Shown here: positions 40,409 through 55,422 of the stretch, piece by piece
Numbering within the stretch: position 1 is the first letter of the stretch
Layout: every line of letters begins with the position of its first letter
Source of the DNA: Octopus vulgaris
Taxonomy: Eukaryota
Assembly: GCA_951406725.2 (NCBI GenBank)
Contig: OX597817.1
Coordinates: 930,001-994,000 of the forward strand
Reading direction: 5' to 3'
DNA: 64,000 nt
Translations under genes and position numbers: made by a program
Notes under the pieces: model-generated
Seen by the model: only the letters and a program-made list of their open reading frames with translations
Told to the model about the DNA's origin: nothing
Databases searched by the model: none

Positions 40409-40712
40409 GTGGAGGCACATGACCTAGTGTTTAGAGCAGCGGACTCGCGGTCGAGGGATCGCGGGTCCGAATCTCAAACCAGGCAAAGTGTGTGTTTATG
40501 AGCGAAACACCTAAGTTCTACGCGGCTCCGGCAGAAGGTGATGGCGAACTTCTGCTGACTCTTTCGCCACAACTTTCTCTCACTCTTTCCTCCTGCATCT
40601 TGCAGCTCACCTGCAATGGACCAGTGTCCTGTCATGGTGGGGAACCTATATGCCAAGGAAACCGGGAAACCGGCCCTAATGAGCCAGGCGTGGCTCGAGA
40701 AGGAACAAACAA
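40409..40712 (+). mobile_element. SINE family C
   Basis: TSD atatgatatgatc at 40396-408 and 40713-25. Confidence 0.9.
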
Positions 40713-40724
40713 ATATGATATGAT

Positions 40725-41017
40725 CTGGACTTCAGAGGTCCACAGCTCTTCAATATCCTCCCGAAGAACCTGAGGGACCTGCATGGGGTGGATGCAGATG
40801 TCTTTAAAATAAAACTGGATCTCTTCTTGTCAGGTGTCCCAGATGAAACCAACTTCACGGCAGGAGGTGCAGATGAGGGCAGCTGCATCGAACTCTCTCA
40901 TGCACCAAATGTCAATTGCTAAAAAGCATTCGTGAAGTAAAATCATGTAACAACACCGAATGGCGGTGCCCCAGCATGGCCACAGCTCGTGAGCTGAAAC
41001 TAGATGAAATGAAATGA
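40725..41017 (+). mobile_element. CR1-group LINE 3' end
   Basis: FRGPQLFNILPKNLR..FKIKLDLFLSGVPDE; (GAAAT)n tail; short tails of the same family at 27535-27591 and 36500-36529. Confidence 0.85.
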
Positions 41018-41416
41018 AAAATAAGTCTGACAACTACCCTGTTTGTAATGAAAGAAAAAGCAACCGTCGCCGTCCAAAGACGAGTAAAGAAATAACATTT
41101 TTTACAGAAATTCACGAACAATCAATCATATGATCTCATATGACTCAGTTTGAAAGCTATGCTGTTTGTCACAATGCTAAGTGTGTCGCAGCGACAATTT
41201 TTTCGCTATACTTTTTGCTATATCTTTAGTTCAGGTGTGCCGCCAAATTTTGAAAAGAATATGAATGTACCAGAAGCGTAAAAAGTGGTGGAGTACTGAT
41301 CTAGAGGCTCCCTTGCTGGTTCGTTAATGGATTTTACTGTTAGAATTCATGACACTTACCTAAAATGTTTAATTTTACAAGAAAAGTTCCATACTTTTCC
41401 CTGTGCTCCCCATCTT

Positions 41417-41853
41417 GGATCTCTTCGGTTTGAACGGCAGTTCTTTCTAGCGGTGTCATATGAAATTGTCACCCATAATTATGACCCTAGTATCGATCTA
41501 TTGCATTTCAATCTGTTTTAGGATTAGGGTTAGTTAGGGTTAGTTAGGGTTAGGGTTAGGGGTGGAGGAAGGGTATCTTTTTTCTTCAGAAATGTAAATA
41601 AACCCAATCTGTTTTTTAAACAAGGGACATATTCATACGGCACAGAATGTTTTCACCTCAATAGACGTCATTGATTGGTTGAAATTGCCGAAATTGAAGA
41701 AAAACAACAACAAATATCTTACAAACTATAGAAGTTTCTCAATAAAGCCAAGAGAAAAAGATGTTTTATAAACACATTCTACCAGTATACGAAGTTTAAC
41801 AGTGTTTAGTTACGTGGTAATTATTTTAAAAACTGCCGTTCAAACCGAAAAGA
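41417..41853. mobile_element. MITE containing internal (TTAGGG)n; right TIR clipped
   Basis: TIRs ggatctcttcggtttgaacggcagtt / aactgccgttcaaaccgaaaaga. Confidence 0.85.
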
Positions 41854-43253
<1,400 letters not shown>

Positions 43254-43852
43254 AAGAAAGAGAGAGAGAGATACATTTTCTCCGGACAAACTCTCTCACT
43301 TTCTATAAACGAATATCACTCACATTGTGTGTGTGTACGCATGTGTATAAGGAATTTCACTAGGGTGACAGTTTTTCAAAAAAGGCAGGTAAAAGATAAT
43401 TTATTTTAATATATACTTTTCTGATAGTAAATCCGTTCTTTCTTACACACACACACACACACACACACACTTGGTATGACGTGGGGGGTTAAAGATTTAA
43501 ATACATTTTTGGCGTAATTCTGGTTTAAGCCTATAACTCCTCATAACTATTGTATTTTGGGGAATTTTCAGACAATTTTTGCAAATGTCTGTTCTATATT
43601 TGGGAATTCATACAATTATGAAAAAAATGTTTTTTTCGATTCTTGAAATTATTTTTTTAAATTGTTTTAAATGCAAACAACAAGAATTTTTTTGTTTAAA
43701 TCCCATCAAAGGAGCATCAAATGTGTTTATGGGGAGAAGAATAGTGAGAATATCAATCAATACATGTAAGAGTGACAAAGAAACGTGGAAGGTATCAAGT
43801 GGTCATGAGGCATGCTAAAAATAACAGTTAAATAGCCTTTAAATCACACAAA

Positions 43853-44146
43853 AAATGTTTGGTTAATGTTTACATCTTGAATTGGAAATGAAAATCAAAA
43901 ACAAATATTGGAATGGGTGTAAAAAATATTTTTGTTGTTTTTGTAAAATCTCAGAACATAATCTCAGAACGTAGGAAACGAATATGAAATAAAAATGCGC
44001 GCAAAGCAACGGGAGGGTGGAAAGAGGACTTCGGAAAATTCACAAGATCCGAGATTTTTCCTCATAGCTTTTAAGAAACTGGAGAATTAGTTAATGCTTA
44101 TTTTCATTTCCGGGTCAAGATGTAAACATTAACCAAATATTTTTTA
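43853..44146. mobile_element. Small MITE/fold-back with ~40 bp TIRs
   Basis: tttggttaatgtttacatcttga..ggaaatgaaaat and its reverse complement at 44100-44140. Confidence 0.65.
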
Positions 44147-44629
44147 AATTTCACTATTATATTTAAATAAAGTTTCATTTTCTGTTAGAAAATGAAGGAA
44201 GTGGGGATTGAAATAGCAATCACCAATTTTGTCTTTTAACCTCCAAGGCTTCCCCCATCGTTTTTAAGCGCAAGAAAAACATTGGCCCAAATTGCTACCA
44301 AGTGAGAAAGATGGGGGTTGAAAAAATTCATAAATTTTAAAAGAGGCCTCTCCTATTGTTTTAAATGTGTAATGCAAAAAGAACTGGACAGAATGAATCC
44401 GGAAGGAAGGTGAAGGGATTAATAAATTTTCAAAAATCCCTTTCTTAAAAAGCTTCCCCCTAACCTTTGCAAGAGTGTGGTGAAAAACAAATTCGAAAAT
44501 CCCCGTCAAAGTGAAGAAAATCCAACTTAATAAGGAAATGCTATTCCGAAAGTCTTTGGCGGACTTTCAGAATAGCACATCCACAAAGCAATGTGGTGGA
44601 AAATTACCTGGCAGCAACAAGATACTCTG

Positions 44630-44684
<55 letters not shown>

Positions 44685-44861
44685 ATACCACGTAAAAAGC
44701 ATCCTGTCAACACTGTAAAATGGTTGGCATTTGGAAGGGCATCCAGTTGTAGAAATCATGTCAAAACAGACACTAAAACTTGGTGCAGTTTTCTACCCAA
44801 CCTGCTCCCAGTCAAACCGTCCAACCCATGCAAGCATGAAAAGCGGACATTAAATGATGAT

Positions 44862-44933
<72 letters not shown>

Positions 44934-44937
<4 letters not shown>

Positions 44938-45290
44938 TTTATAATTATGAGTATAATCATAATTAGGGTTCAGCAAAAATTTGCTTCACCACATACCGAA
45001 ATTTAGAAATAGCAGTTAAAACCAATCTCCCCGGCAGGTTGTTGAGTATTGGCTGTCTGGGAGATTTTCTTATGGTAGTGAAATAGTTAGTTTTAACTGC
45101 TATTTCTAAATTTCGGTATGTGGTGAAGCAAATTTTAGCTGAACCCTAATTATGATTATACTCATAATTATAAAATTTTATGTATAAGTTTACCGATAAT
45201 TGTTCCTTTAACATACTGAACTAATTATTAATTATTAATCAATTAATTAATTAATTAATTTTGCCCTTTATTATTATTGATTATATATAT
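44934..45290. repeat. Fold-back (~88 bp arms) flanked by (TA)n, probable PLE terminus
   Basis: 44934-45021 is the near-perfect reverse complement of 45090-45178. Confidence 0.8.
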
Positions 45291-45804
45291 ATATATATGC
45301 AGTTAAGTCTATGTCTGGTCATAGAGTGACCAATGGTTTCATATATACAATGGGCCGACCAAATCCACACATAAAGCTTAGGTCGGTCCAGGGCTAAAAG
45401 ACGTCCAATGAGTGAAGCACTAAACCTGAAACCATATGGGTTGGAAATCCTTTTATCATAGTGTCACACCCATGCCTATTCTTTTATTTGTTTTATTCAT
45501 GTGACTGCGGCGATGCTGGAGCAGCGCCTTTAGTCGCACAAATCAAGCCAAGGACTTATTCTTCGTAAGCCTAGTACTTATTCTGTTCGTCTCTTTTGCC
45601 ACAGAACCACGTGGCCGGGAAACAAGCTTCTTGCCACACAGCCACGCCTGCGCCTGTCGACATAACATTTCAGGAGGAAAAAAGATTTCGAATTTGAAAT
45701 ATGCAGTCTTTATTTAAAAGATACCAGGGAGATTTTGGCACGTGACTTACCTGTTTTCTAGAACTGAAATAAGTGAATGACTTCAGAGAATTTCACTCAT
45801 AAGA

Positions 45805-47252
45805 TCGCATATGCAGTCAGGGCACAGTTTGCGTCATGCAGAGCTCAGCGTTCTCCTCGCTACACCCTGCCAGGCCATATCAATAATTTACAGACAGTAA
45901 ACAATGTTGTAGTGCTCCTTCCAAAACTCACAAAGGGTTAGATTTGTATTTTCGGTGACTTCAAAGCACCAACAAAGCAGGTGTTTGGCGCACAATTTCT
46001 TAAAATTAGAAATCACCTGTTGGTCCATGGGCTGCAAGATAGGGGTGGAAGTGCGTGAAAGGTACAGAACTTTTATAAATATAAATTCGTCCGGATATCT
46101 TCGAGGTTAGGAGGGTGAGCTGGAGCATTGTCGAGGATGAGGAGGGTCTTGAGAGAAAGATTGTTCTCCAGAAGATACTTTTTCACTGCTGGTCCGAGGA
46201 TAAGGTTGGCCTACTCGGAGAAGAACTGCCTGCTGACCGAGGCGTTAACGTTTGTCTTCCGCATGATCTGCAGCTTCTCCTTCACAATTCTGTGTGACTT
46301 GAACGCTCCTGTGTTTTCGGAATGGTTGACAAGGAGCGGCTTAATCTTCAAGTCTCTACTCGCATTGGCACTAAGAGTTAGCTTATCTTTCATAGGTTTG
46401 TGGCCTGACATTTTCTTCTCCTCTGCAGTTATGCAGTTCTTCTGGACAATTTGTTTTCCAAAATAGGCCAGTTTCATCACAGTTTAATTCCTGCTGTGCG
46501 ATGAACCCCTCGGCTGCGATAAGCTGACGGAATTCACGCACGAAATCTTCAACTGCCTTCGTGTCACAACTCGCTGCTTCTCCATATCTGACAACGCTAT
46601 GAACACCAGTCCTCTTCTTGAAATTATCAAACCAGCCGCGACTTACCTTAAATGTTCCAGGGTTCTACTTCAGGAGATCTCCATACAGCGCTCGTGCTTC
46701 CTCGCAGATGATGGTCTCCATAATTGTATCCCCTGCAAGTTGCTTCTCGTTGATCCACAGGAGAAGCAATTTCTCCTTTCGTGGACAGGTGTGCATTGCT
46801 TAGAGAGCTTGGAGACCCCCTTTGCTGTTGTAACGGCCTTGATCATCCCGTCCTTTTTCTTCAGGATGGTGCACATCGTCGACGCGCTTTGTCCACTCCA
46901 CGCACTCCTCTCTCGTGTTTATCCATGATTTCTTCAATTCTACCGGGATCAGCTTTTCCTTCTTCTCGGCACTGTCCTTTGCACTAACATTCTTAGGATT
47001 CATGGCCAACACAACTAATTATTATAAAATAATAACAAAAAGTGCACAAAACTAAACAAAAACATTGGGAAAAGCGCAATATGAATGCTGCCTCTGCGAG
47101 ATAAACAACACGTGAACTGTGCGAGCGGAGACAAGTTGGCAGAGCGAATGCGAGCTGAGAGCCGCCGACTAGCGACAGCTTGTATGAAAATCACTTCAAG
47201 ACAAAACTCCACTCGAGCCTCAGCTCATACAGCAAATTACTCGTACAATAGT
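45805..47252 (-). mobile_element. Tigger/pogo transposon 5' half (CENP-B HTH plus DDE start)
   Basis: MNPKNVSAK.., LLLWINEKQLAGD, SRGWFDNFKKR, NCDETGLFWK, GHKPMKDKLT; overlaps the 3' half by ~455 bp. Confidence 0.9.
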
Positions 47253-47600
<348 letters not shown>

Positions 47601-47602
47601 AC

Positions 47603-47935
47603 CCTACAGCTGTTTCAGGCTAGTTTTCTATTGATGAACAAATAAGAAGGAAACAGTGTTTTCACATGATGCATTTGATTTGTTTATCAATAAAAAAAAC
47701 ATGTCTGAAACAGCTGTAGTGAACCTTCGCCCATTTGTGTTATTATTTATACTATATCACATAAAGACCTGCAGACTGCATGCCAGAGTATACTTTTGTG
47801 TGATCTTGTGTATACATTGGATGTATTTGGTTTGTGGATGCATGCATAACTGGAAGGCCAAATCTATATATGCTTTAGTAAATATATAAGTGTCCATACA
47901 CACTGTTGATATACAGGTATGCTACCCTCGACTCT
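47603..47935 (+). mobile_element. PLE terminal fragment with fold-back and decayed hammerhead
   Basis: 47604-42 is inverted relative to 47678-720; ttcac-ATGATGC...GAAACAGCTGTA-gtgaa has a perfect stem I and two core mismatches. Confidence 0.55.
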
Positions 47936-48280
47936 ATCTTGGTGACTTTGTTATTAAAATACCTCACTTCTATTGGATCCTGTAAATAATCTCTCTCTCT
48001 ATATATATACTATTAAAAGTGATGTAGCCTTTTTCTCTACAGAAAAAAGCTCCATCAGGAATTGTGGCAGTATATTAAAAGAACCTTTACGTTTAAAATT
48101 ATAAATATCTCATAAGCAAAGGCTAAAGAAAGCTTTCTAAAGCCAATATACTGAAATCCATGTTTAATCTACTTGCTACAGAAAGTTGAACTGAAATGCA
48201 GACAACTCTACCTTTGGAACATTTAAATTTCGTTATCTTAATATTGAATCAATTTCGGAATCAACACCATAAGTGTTTGT

Positions 48281-48360
<80 letters not shown>

Positions 48361-48539
48361 TGAGATAGGGGTTGCAAATTCAACCCTCCATGGGATAACG
48401 CTCATTCATGTACGCTGTTTTGTTATATATTTTTATGTTTAACCTTAATGTTCTTATGTAGTGGTTCAATAAAGTATGTGATTGGGTATTATCTGGTAGT
48501 TGATAAAAGATATAGATGTATTTCTCCATTTTCTGATTT

Positions 48540-48683
<144 letters not shown>

Positions 48684-48714
48684 CATAAATGCATTTTTCT
48701 ATTTTCTTTGGCAG

Positions 48715-48886
48715 TTTGCAAATTTAATACAAAAGGCAAACATAGAAGAGAGCTTCACAAGCTCTATTGACAGAACTGTGTTTGCATTCACCGACAAAGC
48801 CTATTTTGAACTTCCACCTGAGCGCAAGGCCAGTATTGAATCTATGACTAAGACAGATTTGGAATATTTTGTGAAATTCTTTACAG
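48715..48886 (+). CDS. FAS1-domain protein exon 2
   Basis: Acceptor ttttctttggcag; [20 protein letters not shown] (H1 motif); AG/GTAAC donor, phase 1. Confidence 0.9.
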
Positions 48887-50265
48887 GTAACAAAATTTAA
48901 CTTAAACTTAAAACTAATGAGTGTGTGTTAATAGACAAAGTGCCAGTGGAAGGGAAAGGTAAATTTGATCAGTAGTTTACAAGCAATTAGTGACTCACTT
49001 TACCCTTCCTACAAAATTGGTTGAATATATTAACCCTTTCGATACGAAACTCCCTGAGATTGTCCCTGAATTTGTGATATAAATTTCAAGTTTTGAAATG
49101 ATCTAAATGAAAACCTTTGCACAAAATTCCATGTTAATTTATGTTCCAGAATGGTGTTGTGGGTATGCACACATACGTTGGACTCTGTATGAAATCTGTA
49201 TCTTACTGATTGGCAACACTCAGTTTTCTCTCTCAATCTCCTCTATTATTGCAACAAACGTCCCTTCCCCTTTGAACTTTCTAGATGCGCATCCCTCACC
49301 CTTACTGTGCCTCATCTCCTAGATTGCACACATAGTAGTTTACCTACGTAACCGTAATTCTTTGGAATTCACTCTCCAGTCAGTGTTTTCTATAAGCATT
49401 GACTTAGAGTTGTTCAATTAGAATATCAAGTAACCACATCAATCTCACTGCATTTGGAGGACTTGCAAAGGTTCCCATGTCTTCTTTCGTCTGTGACTAG
49501 CTTAGAAAAATGAAGGATTTACCACCACTGCCATCACCATCATCTTTTAATGTTTATCTTCCATGTTGACATGCATTGAGTGGTTTGACTGGATCTGGCT
49601 GGCTGGGGGAACTGTGCTGAACTCCAATGTCTATCTGCTTTGGAATGGTCTCTATGGCTAGATTCTCCTAATGCCAACCATTTTACAGAGTGTTGTGGAT
49701 GCTCACAAGACTAAGAACTCTAATGGCTTAGTGGAGCTACAGAAGAGAAGGCAGCAGTTTTATGGTAAATGATAAAAGGTTTCTGTATGAAAGAAAGAGT
49801 CTAAACAGATTTCTTGGTGTGGAGGAGAGATTCATGACTACTCACATCATACAAGAGTGGGTGAGAATAATTGGTATAATTGAGTCAATAATTAATGTAC
49901 CAGCTCAGTATAAGGCTTGAGTATTCTCTCTCTCTCTTTCCTTTTATCATTCTTCATAAAGTTGAATGTAAAGTTGAATATTGAAGTTTGTCAATATAAA
50001 ATTACATTTGAAACTCATGAATTATGTTTATAACAAAAGGTGATAGCGGTGCTGGTAGTGGTGGTGATGATGATGAGAATAACAAAAATAATAATAGTTT
50101 CTGCTTTCGGCACAAGGCCAGTAATTTGAAGTGGAATGAGTTAGACAATATCTTAAATCCCAGTAGCTTGACTAGTACTTCAGTTAATTGACTCCAGAAG
50201 GATGAAAGACAAAGCTGACCTCAACAGAATTTGAACTCAGAACATAAAGAGCCGGAGGAAATACA

Positions 50266-50785
50266 GGACCTGAGGACAGCTGATATCTTGAGTATTGAGG
50301 CGATGGTGCACAGGCACCGGTTACGTTGGACTGGACACCTTATTAGAATGAAAGATAGCAGGATCCCTAAGCAGATGCTATACGGGGAACTTGTGAATGG
50401 AAAGAGACTCCAGCAGAAACCAAGGCTGTGATTTAAGGACTGTGTCAAGTCCTCGTTAAAGGCCTGTGATATGCAGGACACTGACTGGGAGAACAATGCC
50501 TGTCATCGCCACAGATGGAGGAAGCAGGTTAAGGAGGGGGTCGACACTTTTGAGAGAGTATGTATTCTGCATGAAGAACTTAAGTGTACTGCTCAGAAGC
50601 ACATGGCTGGTGTAGTGAATGGGGAAAGCTTGGTCTGCAATGTTTGCAGTCGTGTGTGCTTGTTTAGAGCAGGCCTCAGTAGCCACCAACGGAGCTGCAA
50701 ATGCAAAATATTAATCCTAGAGCGCACAATGTTCCTGAAGGTAAGCAATGGTCTCCTTCGGTCACGTGTGGACGACCATCATGTA
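50266..50785 (+). mobile_element. RTE-clade LINE 3' fragment
   Basis: RLRWTGHLIRMKDSRIPKQMLYGEL..GKR..KPRL*FKD; terminal CNVC..H..C. Confidence 0.9.
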
Positions 50786-51520
50786 CTTGCATGTGTGTTT
50801 TTGTATGTATATATATATGTATATTTGTGTACGTATGTATATATATGTGTGTATGTGTGTGTGTGTGTATGTGTGTGTGTATGTATGTGTGTGTGTGTGT
50901 GTATGTGTGTGTGTGTGTAGATATATTAGTGTGTCCATATGTACAGGTGTATGTATATATATGTGTGTGTGTGAATATATATATATGTATGCACATGTGC
51001 ATATATATGTACATATATGTATGTGTGTGTACATATATATATTTATATACATATATATATGTATATGTGTGTGCATGTATATATGTATATTTGTATACAT
51101 GTGTATATATGGATATATATATGTATGTATGAGAGTGTGTGTATATGCATGTGTATATGTATAAACATATATGTGTGTGTATATATGTGTGTGTATATAT
51201 GTGTGTGTATGCGTGTATATATGCATGTGTGTGGTGTGTGTATGCACCATCCCACCTTTGAGAATTGAATGGGTCACCTCACCACACAGGCCAACTCTTG
51301 ACTAGAACACAAAAATACTGATCATTCCTAAATTTTCCATTCTTCTCAATTACTATTAATCTTATTTTTATTTATTTATTTTTCTTGATTTTATTTACTT
51401 TTTTCTCTTCTCCTTCCCCTTCTTTGCCTTCTTTCTTCCTTCCTTTTGTCCTCCTCCTCCTTGTTGCCTTTATATATACATATATATACCACTGAACAAC
51501 ATAAAACATAACTTAGAACA

Positions 51521-54500
51521 ATGCAAACACCAAACTTCCTTTACCTCGACATTCCTGTTAAATGTACGTGGCATCAACCCATCAATTATTGCTCAAAAAT
51601 GGAAGATCCCATATATAGAGAGTTGGCTTGCCGAAACGGCACATTGCTTCCCTTTCTTTATCCTTACTGAGACTCACCTGAACAACACCCATATGGACGC
51701 TGAGGTGAAAATAAAAGATTTCACCATTGTTCGTGCGGATCGCACAGACCGAAATAAGGGAGGGACAGCCATCTTTATCCATGACTCCTTTTCAGTTGAT
51801 GCCAAGGAATATTTTCCAATGGCTATTGTGAATCTGTATCATTATTCAGCAAGGTCAAGGACATAATCATTGTTGGTCTTTACAGGCCTCCCCAAGCACC
51901 TCTAAAGTGCTTTGAAGAGTGCTTTAGCAAAGTCAAGTCCTTCCTTCGGAAGTACAACTCCGGAAACATACTAGTGATGGGGATTTTAACCTCCCTCATG
52001 TGAACTGGCCCACAAATACTCTGAAGTTAGGCAAATGCTCTACATCAGATAGAGCAGCAGCAGAACTGCTCTTTAATCTAATGGATGAATACTTCCTGAC
52101 TCAGCTAGTGCTCGAACCAACGAGACAGAATAAAACGATCTTGGATCTGGTATTGACCAATCACTCTAGTTTCGTTCACAGTATTTCAGTTGAAAAAACT
52201 CTCCTCTCAGACCACGACATGATACTCTGCAATTTCAATTCCCGACATATAAAAACCAAACCAGCCAATCCCACTCCATGGCACTCATTTGACAACATAA
52301 ACTTCCACAAAGCGGACTGGGGTGCAATCAGAAAGGATCTGTCTTGCATCGACTGGTCTTTTACTCTCAATTCCACCCATACTGAGACTGCATGGCAGCA
52401 CTTTGAAAACATTGTCACCTAGACATGCTCCAAACACGCTCCCATGAAATCTACTAACACAAACAGAAACCGGCTCCCTAAAAAGAAAAAAACACTCATC
52501 AGGCGCATCAAAAGACTCAACAAAAAAATCAACCAATTAAAATATTCCCACATACAACATCCAAATTCAACAACAATAAAAAGGCTAGAGCTGGAAAAAC
52601 TTCATCTACAGAACGACATGAAAACCTCCATTGAAAATCAAAGAGCTGTGGAGGAACAGTGGGTAATCAAAAACATCAAACAGAACCCAAAAGTGTTCTA
52701 TTCTTATGCAAATAAGCATAGAACCACTGTCTCACCCATTGGGCCATTGATTGATGATAACGGCATTCCCCAACACGATGCTAAAGAAATGGCAGAAATA
52801 CTGCAGAAACAATACTGCTCTGTCTTTAGTGTTCCCACTGATATTGACGTAAGAGAAGCGAACGAAGTTGACTCCCAACATAAAATCTCAGACATAACCT
52901 TCACTGCCACTGACATCACAGCAGCAATAAATGAGGTCAAATACTACTCTGCTGTAGGCCCTGATAGATTCCCCGCTAGTCTCCTGAAGGAATGTAGACA
53001 CCAACTTGCAGTCCCTCTGACCAACCTCTGGAGAAATTCGTTAGACGCAGGTTATATACCGAAACAGTTTCTATCCCAGTCAGTCATCCCGGTTTTCAAA
53101 CAGGTAAACAGATCCCTCGCACTCAACTATCGCCCAATCTCACTCACCTCCCACATCATTAAAGTGTTTGAAAGAGTGTTAAGATCGAGGATAGCTGACT
53201 TCCTGGAGACCCACAAACTCCTAAATGCAAATCAGCATGGCTTTCGCTGTGGCAGGGACTGTCTAACACAGCTCTTACACCACATTGAAGATGTACTCAA
53301 AGCCTTGGGAACAGGTTCGAACTCTGATGTCATATATCTCGACTTCAGTAAAGCATTCGACAGGGTAGACCATAATATCCTACTCTCAAAATTGGCAAAT
53401 GTTGGAATCCGCGGAAAAGTTCCACACTGGATCAAGTATTTCCTGGCGAATAGAACACAATATGTTGTAGTTGATGGAGTCCACTCAAGCCCAGCAAAAG
53501 TCACCAGCGGTGTCCCCCAGGGGACTGTCTTGGGTCCGCTACTCTTCATAATCTACATAAACGACCTTTCCAGTGTCGTACATTACTGCAAAGTGAAAAT
53601 ATTTGCTGATGACACTAAGCTCCAGCAAATCGTCAATGAAGAAGCAGACCGAACTCAACTCCAGTCTGATCTATATGCTGTGAGTCAATGGGCAGACAGA
53701 AACAAAATGCAACTGAACGAGGAAAAATTTGAGCTGATGCATTTTGGAAGAAATTCCTCACTAAAACAACCATACTCTCTTCCTTCAGGGGAACCGCTCA
53801 CAGCCTCTAACAATATCAGAGACCTGGGTGTAATTGTTGATGACGATCTCAGTTGGAGTGCACACATCAACAAGAAGGTCGATATAGCTCGTAGGATGAG
53901 TTCCTGGATCTTAAGAACTTTCCGGTCCAGAGAACAAGGTGTCATCATACCACTTTTCTCCTCCTTTATATGGCCACACCTTGAATACTGCTGCCCACTG
54001 TGGTCTCCCCATACAAGACAAAACATCACGAGGATTGAGTCACCCCAGAGGGCACTCACTAAATGAATTGAAGGCATGGCTGCTCTCGATTATTGGGATC
54101 GCCTTAAAGCCTTGAAACTTTACTCCCTCCAGCGTCGTCGTGAGCGGTACATCATTTGTACGATGTGGAGAATATACCGCCAACTTTGCCCAAACGACCT
54201 GAACATTAGCTTCAAGGTTCATCCAAGACTGGGACCACGGGCCATACGTCCCCTGCCCAATTCAAGATCACAGCATACATGTACACTGCAACATAATTTC
54301 TTTTCCTCAACAGGCCCTGCCCTATTTAACATTGTCCCGAAAGAGATCAAAGAGGAAAAGGATCCCATCAACTTTAAATAGAGTCTGGATAGATTCCTTC
54401 AAGGAATACCAGATAAGCCACCCATAATCAGATACAACTCACCCAACAAGAACTCACTACTTGAATGGACCATAAACAAAACTTGACTTAAACAGGATTC

Positions 54501-54586
54501 GAATAATCCTATCAGGTGGTGCTATTAAGTTAGACATGGCCTGGACCAATCTTTGGTTGAAACATATCTAAGTTTATCTAAGTTTA
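51521..54586 (+). mobile_element. CR1-group LINE, nearly complete ORF2 (APE + RT), disabled
   Basis: LNVRGI, LTETHL, YRPP, GDFNLP, YRPISL, QHGFR, LDFSKAFD, GVPQG, FADDTK, PHLEYC; stops at 52420, 54064 and 54379; (tatctaagtt)n tail. Confidence 0.95.
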
Positions 54587-55207
54587 TATAGATATATATA
54601 TATAATTTTTATTTTTATTTTTTAATTTTATTTTTTTATATTTTTATATTCTTTTCTCTTTTCTGTGTATATTTTCTTGTATGCATACTTGTAAGAAAAA
54701 ATGTACTTTTCTACATTTTCTGTATTATATGTAAGTATATATGTACTGTGACTTTGTGTCTGAGTTTGTCCTCTACCACTGCTTGATAACTGGTGTTGCA
54801 AACCCATGACCAAAGGGGGTCTTTACATTTTTTTGTAGTTCCTATTGTCCATTAACACTCTATTGCCTTCATTCTAGGACCCTAGAATTTAAAATTTTAT
54901 ATTTCATATTTAGTATTATAAGCATCTATTTCTAGCATCACTATAATTTGGCCTGTCCCAAGTCTCCCCTCACTTCAGCTTGAGATCTTCATTATCTTTT
55001 ACAACCACTTTATTATCATCACTACCCCATCCTTCCTATTTTTGCCAACTCTGGTCAGACTTGGTGGTCATTTGGCATCATGTCATCTACTATTCTACAT
55101 TCCTTTACCTGTCTCTATACATGCTCCCCTTAACCTCTTTTAACTAGTATACTCCCACCCTCAATAGTAACTAATATACCCCCCCCCCCCCGCTATAGTA
55201 ACTAATA

Positions 55208-55380
55208 GGCATAGGAGTGGCTGTGTGGTAAGAAATTTGCTTACAAACCACATGGTTCCAGGTTCAGTCCCACTGCATGGGACCTTGGGCAAGTGTCTTC
55301 TACTATAGCCTCGGGCTGACCAAAGCCTTGTGAGTGGATTTGGTAGATGGAAACTGAAAGAAGCCCATCGTATATATGTA

Positions 55381-55422
<42 letters not shown>

